A program made the position numbers and the translations under genes. Source: a virus. From it: a stretch of DNA of 64,000 nt. Of the stretch, positions 37,870-45,940 are shown one piece after another. The stretch is from UHGV virus genome UHGV-0076293. One strand, written 5' to 3'. Position 1 is the first letter of the stretch; each line of letters opens with the position of its first letter. The notes under the pieces are model-generated. The model was not told where the DNA came from. It worked only from the letters and a program-made list of their open reading frames with translations, and searched no databases.

Positions 37870-38642
37870 TGCGTATAGTGGATATCCACGATTATCGTAA
37901 TGACCATTTAGCGATTGGTGTAGAAGGTAAAATGGTTTCGTTAACCCGTGTACGTAAAGGGTTAATGGAAAAGGAAATCATTCGGGAATCTGAAGACCCT
38001 ACCTTTATCATCCTTTCGAATACTAACCAGTTACAGGGCATCTTTTCAGGGCGTGCAGACGGTAAGATTTTCTATATGTCCGCGATCGTTGTGTTTGCGA
38101 AGAAGAACATCAACTTCGCCCAACTCAAACGTTTGTTAAACGTGAAGATGTTCGATGTCACGTACCCTGCTAACGACCTAAAACGTCGTAATCAATTAAT
38201 GACGTTTTTAGGTATGCAACCAACGTCTATCGATTATGACCTTACGATTACTGAAAAGCCGGAAGTGCGCACTGACTTACCTGACGTAGACGATGTTGAA
38301 TCCTTAACGTTAGAAGAGACGTTTACGATTCCTAAGGTTGTTAATGTCAACCTGGACACGCACTGTTTAGGGTTGTTAGCCGTAGGTGCAGCAGAAGGGT
38401 TGTGTTGTCGTAAAGACGGTAAGGTTGAAGGTATCTTAGTCTATTCGAAAATCAACGAAAAGACATTTGCCACCGAAGGCTTTTTCTATAACGATTGCAC
38501 TTACGGAAACGCTCTACTAACCACGTATTTCCGTATTGCTTATCTGAAAGGCGCAACTGTACGCCTCACGTTTCCATACACAGCTCCACCGTCTATGGGT
38601 GGAGTTGAGGTAGAAGCATTAACCGGTCACTTTATCTTTTAA
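37869..38642 (+). CDS. hypothetical protein (257 aa), third gene of the GNAT-Dam operon
   Basis: TAATG overlap with dam. Confidence 0.65.
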   Translation: MRIVDIHDYRNDHLAIGVEGKMVSLTRVRKGLMEKEIIRESEDPTFIILSNTNQLQGIFSGRADGKIFYMSAIVVFAKKNINFAQLKRLLNVKMFDVTYPANDLKRRNQLMTFLGMQPTSIDYDLTITEKPEVRTDLPDVDDVESLTLEETFTIPKVVNVNLDTHCLGLLAVGAAEGLCCRKDGKVEGILVYSKINEKTFATEGFFYNDCTYGNALLTTYFRIAYLKGATVRLTFPYTAPPSMGGVEVEALTGHFIF

Positions 38643-38651
38643 GGATGATGA

Positions 38652-38879
38652 ATGGAAATCAAACGTATTGTAACCAAAAACAAACAGATTGTTTACGTCG
38701 CAGGTGATAACGAATTCTCGGCGGTAATTAACAGCGAAAATGCGCTCATTATCGGTTATCCGGGTAAAGTTATTACGCGCAGTCACCAACGTGCGATTGA
38801 CAAACTTATCGCGAAAGCGAAAGCGCGCGACGGTGTTGGTTCAGTACAAACCCACACAGGGTTAACGCTGACCCTCTAG
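38652..38879 (+). CDS. hypothetical small protein (75 aa)
   Basis: AGGATGATGAATGG RBS region. Confidence 0.6.
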   Translation: MEIKRIVTKNKQIVYVAGDNEFSAVINSENALIIGYPGKVITRSHQRAIDKLIAKAKARDGVGSVQTHTGLTLTL

Positions 38880-38918
38880 TCAGCAGGTAATATGACCTCT
38901 TAACTGGAGACTTTAATA

Positions 38919-39425
38919 ATGAGTGAGACTCTGGATTTTAATCAGCTCGAACAACACGATTTCGATCTCGGTGTTCGTGATATCGATGCTGATCATGAAA
39001 CACGTTGTAAAGAGCTGTTTAACCGTTACGGTCAGCTCATCACCGGTGCCTCTGATGACACCGAATTCAGTTTAGATGAGTTTGAAAAAGTTTTGTCGTG
39101 TTTTATCACCGATTGCCTGGCGAAGAAAGCGTTACTGGTAGAACTGAACTTAGACTCCGTCGAACCTACCGATGCCCACGCGGTGTTGAAAGAATCCATT
39201 ATCCCAACTGATGAGATTATGGACACGGTAGCAGGTATTCGTGGTACGTTTGAAACCGCTGTAGATGAATACACGGAACAGCTTCGTGAGTCAGGACTGA
39301 CGTTGTGTGCGCCAGCAGGCGAGCAATTACCGTCCGACGCAGAAACTGAAGAAGCGCGTAGCCGCTTAGCACGTTATGTTATCACGTCTATCTTGGTAGA
39401 TGATCGCGAAGAGAATCTGCTGTAA
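38919..39425 (+). CDS. strongly acidic small protein
   Basis: 168 aa with very high Asp/Glu content and few basic residues. Confidence 0.65.
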   Translation: MSETLDFNQLEQHDFDLGVRDIDADHETRCKELFNRYGQLITGASDDTEFSLDEFEKVLSCFITDCLAKKALLVELNLDSVEPTDAHAVLKESIIPTDEIMDTVAGIRGTFETAVDEYTEQLRESGLTLCAPAGEQLPSDAETEEARSRLARYVITSILVDDREENLL

Positions 39426-39428
39426 GCT

Positions 39429-39466
39429 GCCCCCTCTCTCCAGACGGAGAGAGGGTGTATTTTTTA
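39429..39466 (+). terminator. intrinsic terminator (repeat-family hairpin)
   Basis: CCCCCTCTCTCC-AGAC-GGAGAGAGGG followed by a T-rich stretch; near-identical hairpin at 40214. Confidence 0.8.
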
Positions 39467-39520
39467 CGCGTATAGCCGTAGTTATGCACAAGTAAACAAA
39501 ATTAATTGAGGAACAATCTG

Positions 39521-39838
39521 ATGTGGTTAAGTGCTATTCATCGCGATTTACCGAAAACGGCAGTGAGTTTTGCTAAGAAAACTCCTGTTCCTAACGTTGG
39601 TGTTGCTAAATTTGAACGAGTGGAAGAGGGGCAATTCGTTGTAACGGATCATAAAGAAAACGAATTTATGTTGTATCATCCAGAAGTGGATACCTCTGAA
39701 ATTTGTGAGGGTGTTTTTTTATTGTCCTGGCAAGACCCTGAAACTAAAGAGTGGAAGTGGTGCACCGCTAAACCATTAAAAGAAATCGAAAACGGTTATG
39801 GGATTGGAGAGATTTATGTCGAACCAGAACCACACTAA
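39521..39838 (+). CDS. hypothetical protein (105 aa)
   Basis: first ATG with GAGGA RBS (track starts at a TTG at 39506). Confidence 0.6.
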   Translation: MWLSAIHRDLPKTAVSFAKKTPVPNVGVAKFERVEEGQFVVTDHKENEFMLYHPEVDTSEICEGVFLLSWQDPETKEWKWCTAKPLKEIENGYGIGEIYVEPEPH

Positions 39839-39879
39839 TTTCGATATAACTTCAGCATTGTGTTGTTAACGGTCTAAAA

Positions 39880-39920
39880 AATTTAAGATATATTTCATCT
39901 ATGTGAGAATTCTCACTTAA
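39880..39920 (+). promoter_or_regulatory. phage promoter-like element with downstream 5'-UTR hairpin (copy 3, variant)
   Basis: AAGATATATTTCATCTATGTGAGAATTCTCAC; perfect GTGAGAA/TTCTCAC palindrome. Confidence 0.5.
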
Positions 39921-39939
39921 CTAAATGGAGTAATCTAAA

Positions 39940-40209
39940 ATGGCTAAGATTTACATTGTTGAAAAACGTTCAGGTAATGTTCTTTCTTATCACGAAGAAG
40001 GCAAACCCGAAAGAGTTAAAACGCTCAAGCTTGAAGGTTTTGATGTGAAAAGCCTGCGTAAAGGCGTGAAGATTACTTTCAAAGGTTTGATTCGTGCAAG
40101 TAACTTACACATCATTAAAACGGACGGAACGATGGTTGCATTAGCACCGGCTACCGCTGCGAAAACGACAGCCGGTCGGGGTTGCTACGGCAGCAGTCGT
40201 AAGATTTAA
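39940..40209 (+). CDS. hypothetical small protein (89 aa)
   Basis: GGAG RBS, downstream of promoter motif copy 3. Confidence 0.6.
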   Translation: MAKIYIVEKRSGNVLSYHEEGKPERVKTLKLEGFDVKSLRKGVKITFKGLIRASNLHIIKTDGTMVALAPATAAKTTAGRGCYGSSRKI

Positions 40210-40213
40210 GCAG

Positions 40214-40254
40214 TGCCCCTCTCTCCTAGCGGAGAGAGGGTACTTTTATTTTTC
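40214..40254 (+). terminator. intrinsic terminator (repeat-family hairpin)
   Basis: CCCCTCTCTCC-TAGC-GGAGAGAGGG followed by a T-rich stretch. Confidence 0.8.
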
Positions 40255-40264
40255 TTCGAGGTGT

Positions 40265-40756
40265 GTGATGACAACGGTATTAGTAACAAAGGATTACATT
40301 TTAGCTGATCGTTTAGTGGAATATAGTGGAACAGTTAAAGAATTGCCCAAACTACACAAACACAAAAACAAGTTTGTTTTCTACACGGGGGAACGTGTAC
40401 TGGACACCGAGTTTTGGAAAATGTCGATGACCGTTACTATAGAAAAATATTTAGACGAGGATAAACGCAAGAAAGTTGAGCCGTTGCTTGTGGAACTTTT
40501 CGAAAAAGAGCAATTGTTTGATCAAATCGTCATTTTTACGGTCAGAGAAACCTATTGGCTAGGATTAGTATCAGATAAGTTTAAAACGTTTGTAATAAAT
40601 AAAAATGCGGTCTGGACGACGGGATCTGGTGGCGGCTTTGCGCGGGCAGCTTGGGCAACAGGAATATCAGAAAAGAAAATTATGCCATTGGTAGGATCAA
40701 TTGATACAGCATCATCACAAACGTACGACTTGTTTTACAGGAAGCATTTACGATGA
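40265..40756 (+). CDS. hypothetical protein (163 aa)
   Basis: GAGGTG RBS. Confidence 0.65.
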   Translation: MMTTVLVTKDYILADRLVEYSGTVKELPKLHKHKNKFVFYTGERVLDTEFWKMSMTVTIEKYLDEDKRKKVEPLLVELFEKEQLFDQIVIFTVRETYWLGLVSDKFKTFVINKNAVWTTGSGGGFARAAWATGISEKKIMPLVGSIDTASSQTYDLFYRKHLR

Positions 40757-41274
40757 AAATAAATGCGGTTTTAATTGGCGATGAAATATTCGTTAATACA
40801 AAAACACAATATATGTGTTACGAAGGTATTACTGTAATAGACGATTATTACGGTAAATACGGTTGGTGGGTTCCGTCTCCTAATTCTTTACGATTAGAAG
40901 AGGCATTAACTGCCGAAGAGAACAAACTGGATGACGAATGGACTTATATCAGCTCCGTAATTGACGTCAGTGGACGAATTAAAGACGTCTTCTGGGCTAA
41001 AGATATAGGGTGGCGTGTTACACTACACCAACCAACCCCGGTAAGATTGCTCTACGACCACGCCGATACTTCAGAGTTAGCGTTTACCATTGAGACGCTC
41101 TCGGTACGTAAAGATTTAGATAACGTAGGTAAAGGGAAGTGGTCTATTGAACGCGTAGAGGAAATTCTTAGTCACTTTAAAGCCAACAACAAATTTAAAC
41201 GTTGGTGCACGTTACCTGAATTAGTAGAGGAGTTGAAAAAGCGGGATTGCAAGCCGCTACCTTTTAATCCGTAA
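40753..41274 (+). CDS. hypothetical protein (173 aa)
   Basis: ATGA overlap with upstream gene. Confidence 0.65.
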   Translation: MKINAVLIGDEIFVNTKTQYMCYEGITVIDDYYGKYGWWVPSPNSLRLEEALTAEENKLDDEWTYISSVIDVSGRIKDVFWAKDIGWRVTLHQPTPVRLLYDHADTSELAFTIETLSVRKDLDNVGKGKWSIERVEEILSHFKANNKFKRWCTLPELVEELKKRDCKPLPFNP

Positions 41275-41318
41275 CTTTTTACGAATGTAGCTATTTTAAT
41301 GATTAGGAGAATATAGAG

Positions 41319-41714
41319 ATGACAGCAATACTAGGTGTAATGACAAGAAAAGCCGATGCCATTGAAACGTTTATTGAACAATACAACAACTCACCGTATA
41401 CGCGTTTTAGATTGCATAAACCGAAGAATAGTACAGAATGGGTTCGTTGGTTTAGGATTTGGGATAAAACAATAAGTAAAATTGATCCGTTATTTAGAAT
41501 AACGGTTGAACCTGCTTATTGGATAGTAATGGAAATTTCGCTATTGCGTATTATCGAAAAACGTCCTATTGACACAAAGACGATGTTTGGGAATGATACG
41601 TATAAAATGTTGACTAACGGTTTTGTAGGTAATGGAGAACACACTTTGTATCAGGCGATGCTGGAAATGTGTTTGTTCGATTTAGTTACATACGAATTGG
41701 AGATTTCAAAATGA
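41319..41714 (+). CDS. hypothetical protein (131 aa)
   Basis: AGGAGA RBS. Confidence 0.65.
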   Translation: MTAILGVMTRKADAIETFIEQYNNSPYTRFRLHKPKNSTEWVRWFRIWDKTISKIDPLFRITVEPAYWIVMEISLLRIIEKRPIDTKTMFGNDTYKMLTNGFVGNGEHTLYQAMLEMCLFDLVTYELEISK

Positions 41715-42175
41715 ATTGCTTCGAATCTAAAGAAATTGTTGAGTTGTTTAAACAGCGTGAGAAAACCTCTTTCCGTGACTTGTACGATTCTGATTATCGT
41801 CCACTATTTGCGGTATTGTTGAAACTGGATAAAGAACCCGAAATCGCGTTAGCAGAAGTCCAGCATCATCACGTGAGTTTCGTGTTAACTGAAAACAAGG
41901 AACGTTGGGTAGATGACATACTGAACCGTATCGCGCTTTTGGAAACGCCGCATCGCTGGGAAGTGGTTATTCAGAAATCGTTGTTCCCGCGTGAAGACAT
42001 TTTCAACAACTATCGTCCGAAACAGTATTACAACCACGACGGGTCGCCAAAACGTGCTTTCCTGGCACCCCAGCATTTCGTAACCTACGTAACGTTGCGT
42101 TACAAAGACACCGTGGTGCCGTTTGACACCTACCTGGAAATGCGCGAGATAATTTTAGGGAAGAATCCGTCATGA
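41711..42175 (+). CDS. hypothetical protein (154 aa)
   Basis: ATGA overlap with upstream stop; track lists a longer ORF from 41669. Confidence 0.6.
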   Translation: MNCFESKEIVELFKQREKTSFRDLYDSDYRPLFAVLLKLDKEPEIALAEVQHHHVSFVLTENKERWVDDILNRIALLETPHRWEVVIQKSLFPREDIFNNYRPKQYYNHDGSPKRAFLAPQHFVTYVTLRYKDTVVPFDTYLEMREIILGKNPS

Positions 42176-42654
42176 TTCAATTTTCTGTTGACGCAGAAAG
42201 ACTGGCGTCATTTAAAGAGCGTGCTCAGTCTGCAATCAAAAACGGTTACATTGAGAAAGGTGTTCGTGATACTTGTAAACTAATCAACGACCATCCGCAT
42301 GTTGTTTCGATCTGGTCTTGTGAAGGACATGGTACTTATTCAAAGTCTCCAGGGCATCTCCGTATTATCTTTGCAACGCACGCTGTTGGAAACCAGATAC
42401 CGATGCGGCTAATGAACGAACTTGCAAAAAGCGACTTAGCCAACTTTTGGAATCTTAGTTTGTGTCGTCTTCATTTACCAGAAGTGGATTCAGAATTATT
42501 ATATCCTGAACCTGACTACGGGTTGAACACAGACGACACGTCTTACTGGGCATGGCAAATCGGGTACATGTGCTTGATTAATCGCCCTGCGTTAATTGAG
42601 ACACGTCAAGCTCTTTATAAAGCATTTCACACAGTATTAGTTGAGAATAAATAA
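42172..42654 (+). CDS. hypothetical protein (160 aa)
   Basis: ATGA overlap. Confidence 0.65.
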   Translation: MIQFSVDAERLASFKERAQSAIKNGYIEKGVRDTCKLINDHPHVVSIWSCEGHGTYSKSPGHLRIIFATHAVGNQIPMRLMNELAKSDLANFWNLSLCRLHLPEVDSELLYPEPDYGLNTDDTSYWAWQIGYMCLINRPALIETRQALYKAFHTVLVENK

Positions 42655-43346
42655 TGGCTACCAAACAAAAGAAACCTCGTAACAAAAAGTATAACCCGAA
42701 AGCGGCTGCTAACCGTACTGCACACACCATTGCTGAAAATGCGCTAAACCGCATTACTTTCGTCGGTAGCTCTATTCGTCCCATCGGTCCGTACGCGGGC
42801 CGTGGTTTCCAGTTTACAACGTCGCCGCGTATGCGCATGGCAGCCACCGACATGTTAATCGGTGGTTTGTTTGACGAACCGCGTAACTGGAAACTTTGGG
42901 TTGCGCATCTGTACGAAACAGATGACGGTGTACAAGCAGAAACCATCGTTGCAACGCTTGACGACTACACGTTAAGTGACTTCTGTCAGCATGGTGATAA
43001 AATCATCAAGTCGCTACGTGAGACGGAAGAAAACTATTTCGGTTACGCTTTCGTTGCTGCACCTAACGAACGTTATGATTTCGACCAGGGAGAAGAACGC
43101 TTACTGGAAAACTTCATGCATTCGGGTCTGTTAGACAAATCCTTACACTTACCTGAAGAAGAACTGATGGTTACGCGTAAGGATATGGTAACGTTGCTAC
43201 TAGCCGATCGTGGTCGTTTTGATATTACTGAACCCCATGTACGTAAAGTACAGAAACTCGTGGATAAAGTAGACGAAACTGACCTGGACACTAACGAAGT
43301 CGCAACACGACTTCAGTCTGTGGTAAACCAGATTGAGGATTACTAA
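42654..43346 (+). CDS. hypothetical protein (230 aa)
   Basis: TAATG overlap; basic N-terminus. Confidence 0.65.
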   Translation: MATKQKKPRNKKYNPKAAANRTAHTIAENALNRITFVGSSIRPIGPYAGRGFQFTTSPRMRMAATDMLIGGLFDEPRNWKLWVAHLYETDDGVQAETIVATLDDYTLSDFCQHGDKIIKSLRETEENYFGYAFVAAPNERYDFDQGEERLLENFMHSGLLDKSLHLPEEELMVTRKDMVTLLLADRGRFDITEPHVRKVQKLVDKVDETDLDTNEVATRLQSVVNQIEDY

Positions 43347-43348
43347 AC

Positions 43349-43879
43349 GTGATAGCGAGACTTATGAGTTGGTTTAAGCAATGTCGGGCAAAGGCGGTCG
43401 AATGGCCGCCTATTACGCACGATGAAAAGGTGGTTGCTTTTCTGAATTATAACAAAGACTTGAAGAGATTAGGCGAGTTAATGCGCTTAACGGAATGTCA
43501 GGTTTTTGCTAAGATTTCAAGTAGTGCTTTACGTAAACAGGTAATTCCCTACCTATCCTTTTCAGGGCAGGTTTATGCAATAACAGCAGAAGAATTTTTA
43601 TCGATGGTGGGCAATGAAACCCCACGTATACGGTACTCGGTTGCGGGTTCATCTGATGCGGTCGGTACAGTTGATTTCGGACGGTTGTATCAGAGCATTA
43701 AAAGTGTGGGGCATATACATGTTAAGCGATTATCAGAAACTTCTGTAGTGATTTATCATCGCACTGAGCACGATTTGTTAGGGTGTGTTATAAGGCTAAC
43801 AAATTTACATAGTTTTTACGTTGATTTACTTACAGAGTTTTATCCAGAATCATGGTGCTATATAGATGAAAATAAATGA
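43349..43879 (+). CDS. hypothetical protein (176 aa)
   Basis: GTG start after GAGGA. Confidence 0.6.
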   Translation: MIARLMSWFKQCRAKAVEWPPITHDEKVVAFLNYNKDLKRLGELMRLTECQVFAKISSSALRKQVIPYLSFSGQVYAITAEEFLSMVGNETPRIRYSVAGSSDAVGTVDFGRLYQSIKSVGHIHVKRLSETSVVIYHRTEHDLLGCVIRLTNLHSFYVDLLTEFYPESWCYIDENK

Positions 43880-44078
43880 CGGATATATCATCTCAGCAAT
43901 TGTTTCAACTGCGTTGATTGTAGCGATGTTGATGTTCTACGTTAAGACGTCCGACGAATCACGTAGAGAGTCCCTTTATCGTGAATGTATGTCAGGTACT
44001 ACTGTAGATAACCCACGTTACGCTGAATTAGTAATGGCGTGTACGGAATACGCTAAACGAATGGGAGGCGGACGATGA
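43866..44078 (+). CDS. small single-pass membrane protein (70 aa)
   Basis: N-terminal TM helix YIISAIVSTALIVAMLMFYV, two Cys in the soluble part; architecture matches the next gene. Confidence 0.55.
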   Translation: MKINDGYIISAIVSTALIVAMLMFYVKTSDESRRESLYRECMSGTTVDNPRYAELVMACTEYAKRMGGGR

Positions 44079-44272
44079 AAATTTGGTTGCCGATTGTAGT
44101 TTTTATCCTTATCGCAGGGGCACTAGCGAACGCCGAGTACGAGAGTCGTGTTTTAGAAACGAAACGCATGTTGTATCTGAATTGTATAAAGGATTATACA
44201 CCAGGCACAGAGCTTCATGCACAGGCTGTAAAAAGCTGTGCATTGATGGCTGAATCACAGACTCGCTCCTAA
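44075..44272 (+). CDS. small single-pass membrane protein (65 aa)
   Basis: N-terminal TM helix IWLPIVVFILIAGALA, ESR motif and two Cys; ATGA overlap. Confidence 0.55.
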   Translation: MKIWLPIVVFILIAGALANAEYESRVLETKRMLYLNCIKDYTPGTELHAQAVKSCALMAESQTRS

Positions 44273-44646
44273 TGCGTATCTGGACGCTACAACTTGCTAA
44301 GTGGCGGTTAGCTAAGCAGAAAGGATTTCACGCAGTGGATATTACTGTGAAGTCAGGGCGAAAGGAACTCGCCCCCGACTGGGATTTCCTAATGGCGTAT
44401 AAAGTTTCTGCCCAGGACGCTACCGCTGAACGTGAGTACACGATAAAGTATTTGTACAAACTCGAACAACTGTTAGATACTGATGCCGAAGTTTTAGTGT
44501 CGTTACTCAGGCACGATGACTTGGTTTTGATGTGTTATTGTCCCGCAGGTAAGTTTTGTCATCGTTACTTACTGGCGAACAAACTTCAAGAAGTAGGAAT
44601 GATATTCGGTATCGACGTTGAGTTATGTGGAGAATTAACCGAATGA
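44272..44646 (+). CDS. hypothetical protein with Cys-x-Cys...CHR motif (DUF488-like)
   Basis: C-terminal LMCYCPAGKFCHRYLLA resembles the conserved CHR signature of the DUF488 family; assignment from memory of the family signature. Confidence 0.35.
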   Translation: MRIWTLQLAKWRLAKQKGFHAVDITVKSGRKELAPDWDFLMAYKVSAQDATAEREYTIKYLYKLEQLLDTDAEVLVSLLRHDDLVLMCYCPAGKFCHRYLLANKLQEVGMIFGIDVELCGELTE

Positions 44647-45080
44647 AAGTAAAAGCAGCAGTAGAAGTTATTCCCAAAAAAGAAATCGTAGTGTGTTCCG
44701 GTTTAGTATTCGAGCTGCCGCGCACTGAATGTTATAATAGCACCAATCCTGAAACGATAATTAGACGCCTTTCAAGACATTGCCTAAACTACTGTCAAGT
44801 TGTTACACCGACAAAGGATGGCGATATAGTCCAAGAACATTTGATTATTAATGAACTCGTGGGCGGTGTCCTTAACGGAATGGAGCTTGAAGAAGTGAAT
44901 GGTTCGTTAAAGCTTTATGCCAACTTTCGTCCATGTGGACCACTGGGCAATAAAGTAAATGAATTTATTCAGTCACACGGGTATGTAAAGCTTAAACCAC
45001 GTTTACACTATATCGATTCTAAAGTAGCTATGATTTCAGCTATCGATATTGACCTATCAAAACCTTCTGAAAATCACTAA
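44643..45080 (+). CDS. hypothetical protein (145 aa)
   Basis: ATGA overlap with upstream stop. Confidence 0.6.
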   Translation: MKVKAAVEVIPKKEIVVCSGLVFELPRTECYNSTNPETIIRRLSRHCLNYCQVVTPTKDGDIVQEHLIINELVGGVLNGMELEEVNGSLKLYANFRPCGPLGNKVNEFIQSHGYVKLKPRLHYIDSKVAMISAIDIDLSKPSENH

Positions 45081-45111
45081 CCGTCCTTGATTTTCAGCTA
45101 CAGATTAGTTT

Positions 45112-45156
45112 CCTACCGCCCGATTCTATGGGCGGTAGGTGTTTTATTTTTTTTTG
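45112..45156 (+). terminator. intrinsic terminator
   Basis: CCTACCGCCC-GATTCTAT-GGGCGGTAGG followed by T9. Confidence 0.8.
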
Positions 45157-45171
45157 ATCTTGGAGGGTTAA

Positions 45172-45735
45172 GTGGCCACATCTTACGTACCTGATTTGAG
45201 TCTGACCTCAGCAGAGCTAGTGGTCGCTTTAATCAATCATGATAACGGGTTACAGCTTACGCTAAACGAAATCCGTATTAGCGGAACCGTAACAAACCCA
45301 TCACCAACAACTTCGCGTCGTAACACCATCACCGAAATCAGTAAAATCAGAAAACCGGATGGTGCGTCTGTTGTGGTCTACTACGACAGACTTGACGCCG
45401 ATGAGGTATTAACGTCTGAACCTATTTTGATTTCGTTAGACGGTACCGAAGCGATTATCCGTGACGTTCTGAGTGTTGTAAATGAACACTGCGGTACGAA
45501 CTTACAGCCTGAAGACTTACGCGTTTCTGATATTACTTCAGGTAACGATCCTATTGCCGTTAACGTTGCCGACGATTCACCTGCGTGGATGAATGCGTTT
45601 ATGGTGACGTTATTTGATAAAACTGAGCGTGCGTTAGCGAACGAAGAAGATGAAATCTTCTGCATCGGTGACGATAGCGTTCTTACCTTTGAGGTTCCAG
45701 ATGACGACTCAGCTGAAGAAAACCCGACTACATGA
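45172..45735 (+). CDS. fibre-associated protein, paralog A1 of a four-member family
   Basis: GTG start after GGAGGG; shares PDLSLTS...NHD...YYDRLDA...CGTNLQ...CIGDDSVLTF with the gene at 51471; sits directly upstream of a tail fibre gene. Confidence 0.6.
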   Translation: MATSYVPDLSLTSAELVVALINHDNGLQLTLNEIRISGTVTNPSPTTSRRNTITEISKIRKPDGASVVVYYDRLDADEVLTSEPILISLDGTEAIIRDVLSVVNEHCGTNLQPEDLRVSDITSGNDPIAVNVADDSPAWMNAFMVTLFDKTERALANEEDEIFCIGDDSVLTFEVPDDDSAEENPTT

Positions 45736-45940
45736 ACTTGATGATTTTTACCGGTAATGGAGGACAAAGCAAACTTTTATCAAGACTTAGCAAACCAAAA
45801 TCATGAAAACGCGAAATTGAACATCGCTTTCACGTTAGAAGATGATGTATTAAAACCAGGGCAATAGTAACCCGCTTATAAAAAATTGGGGGGTAAACTA
45901 CTCTCCTGATCTTTTAGCTCCCGATAGAGAATTAAATATC

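Noticed and set aside
45757-45864. 35-codon ORF in the spacer upstream of the tail fibre gene
   Set aside because: No ribosome-binding site and no conservation evidence; likely chance ORF in a promoter or leader region.
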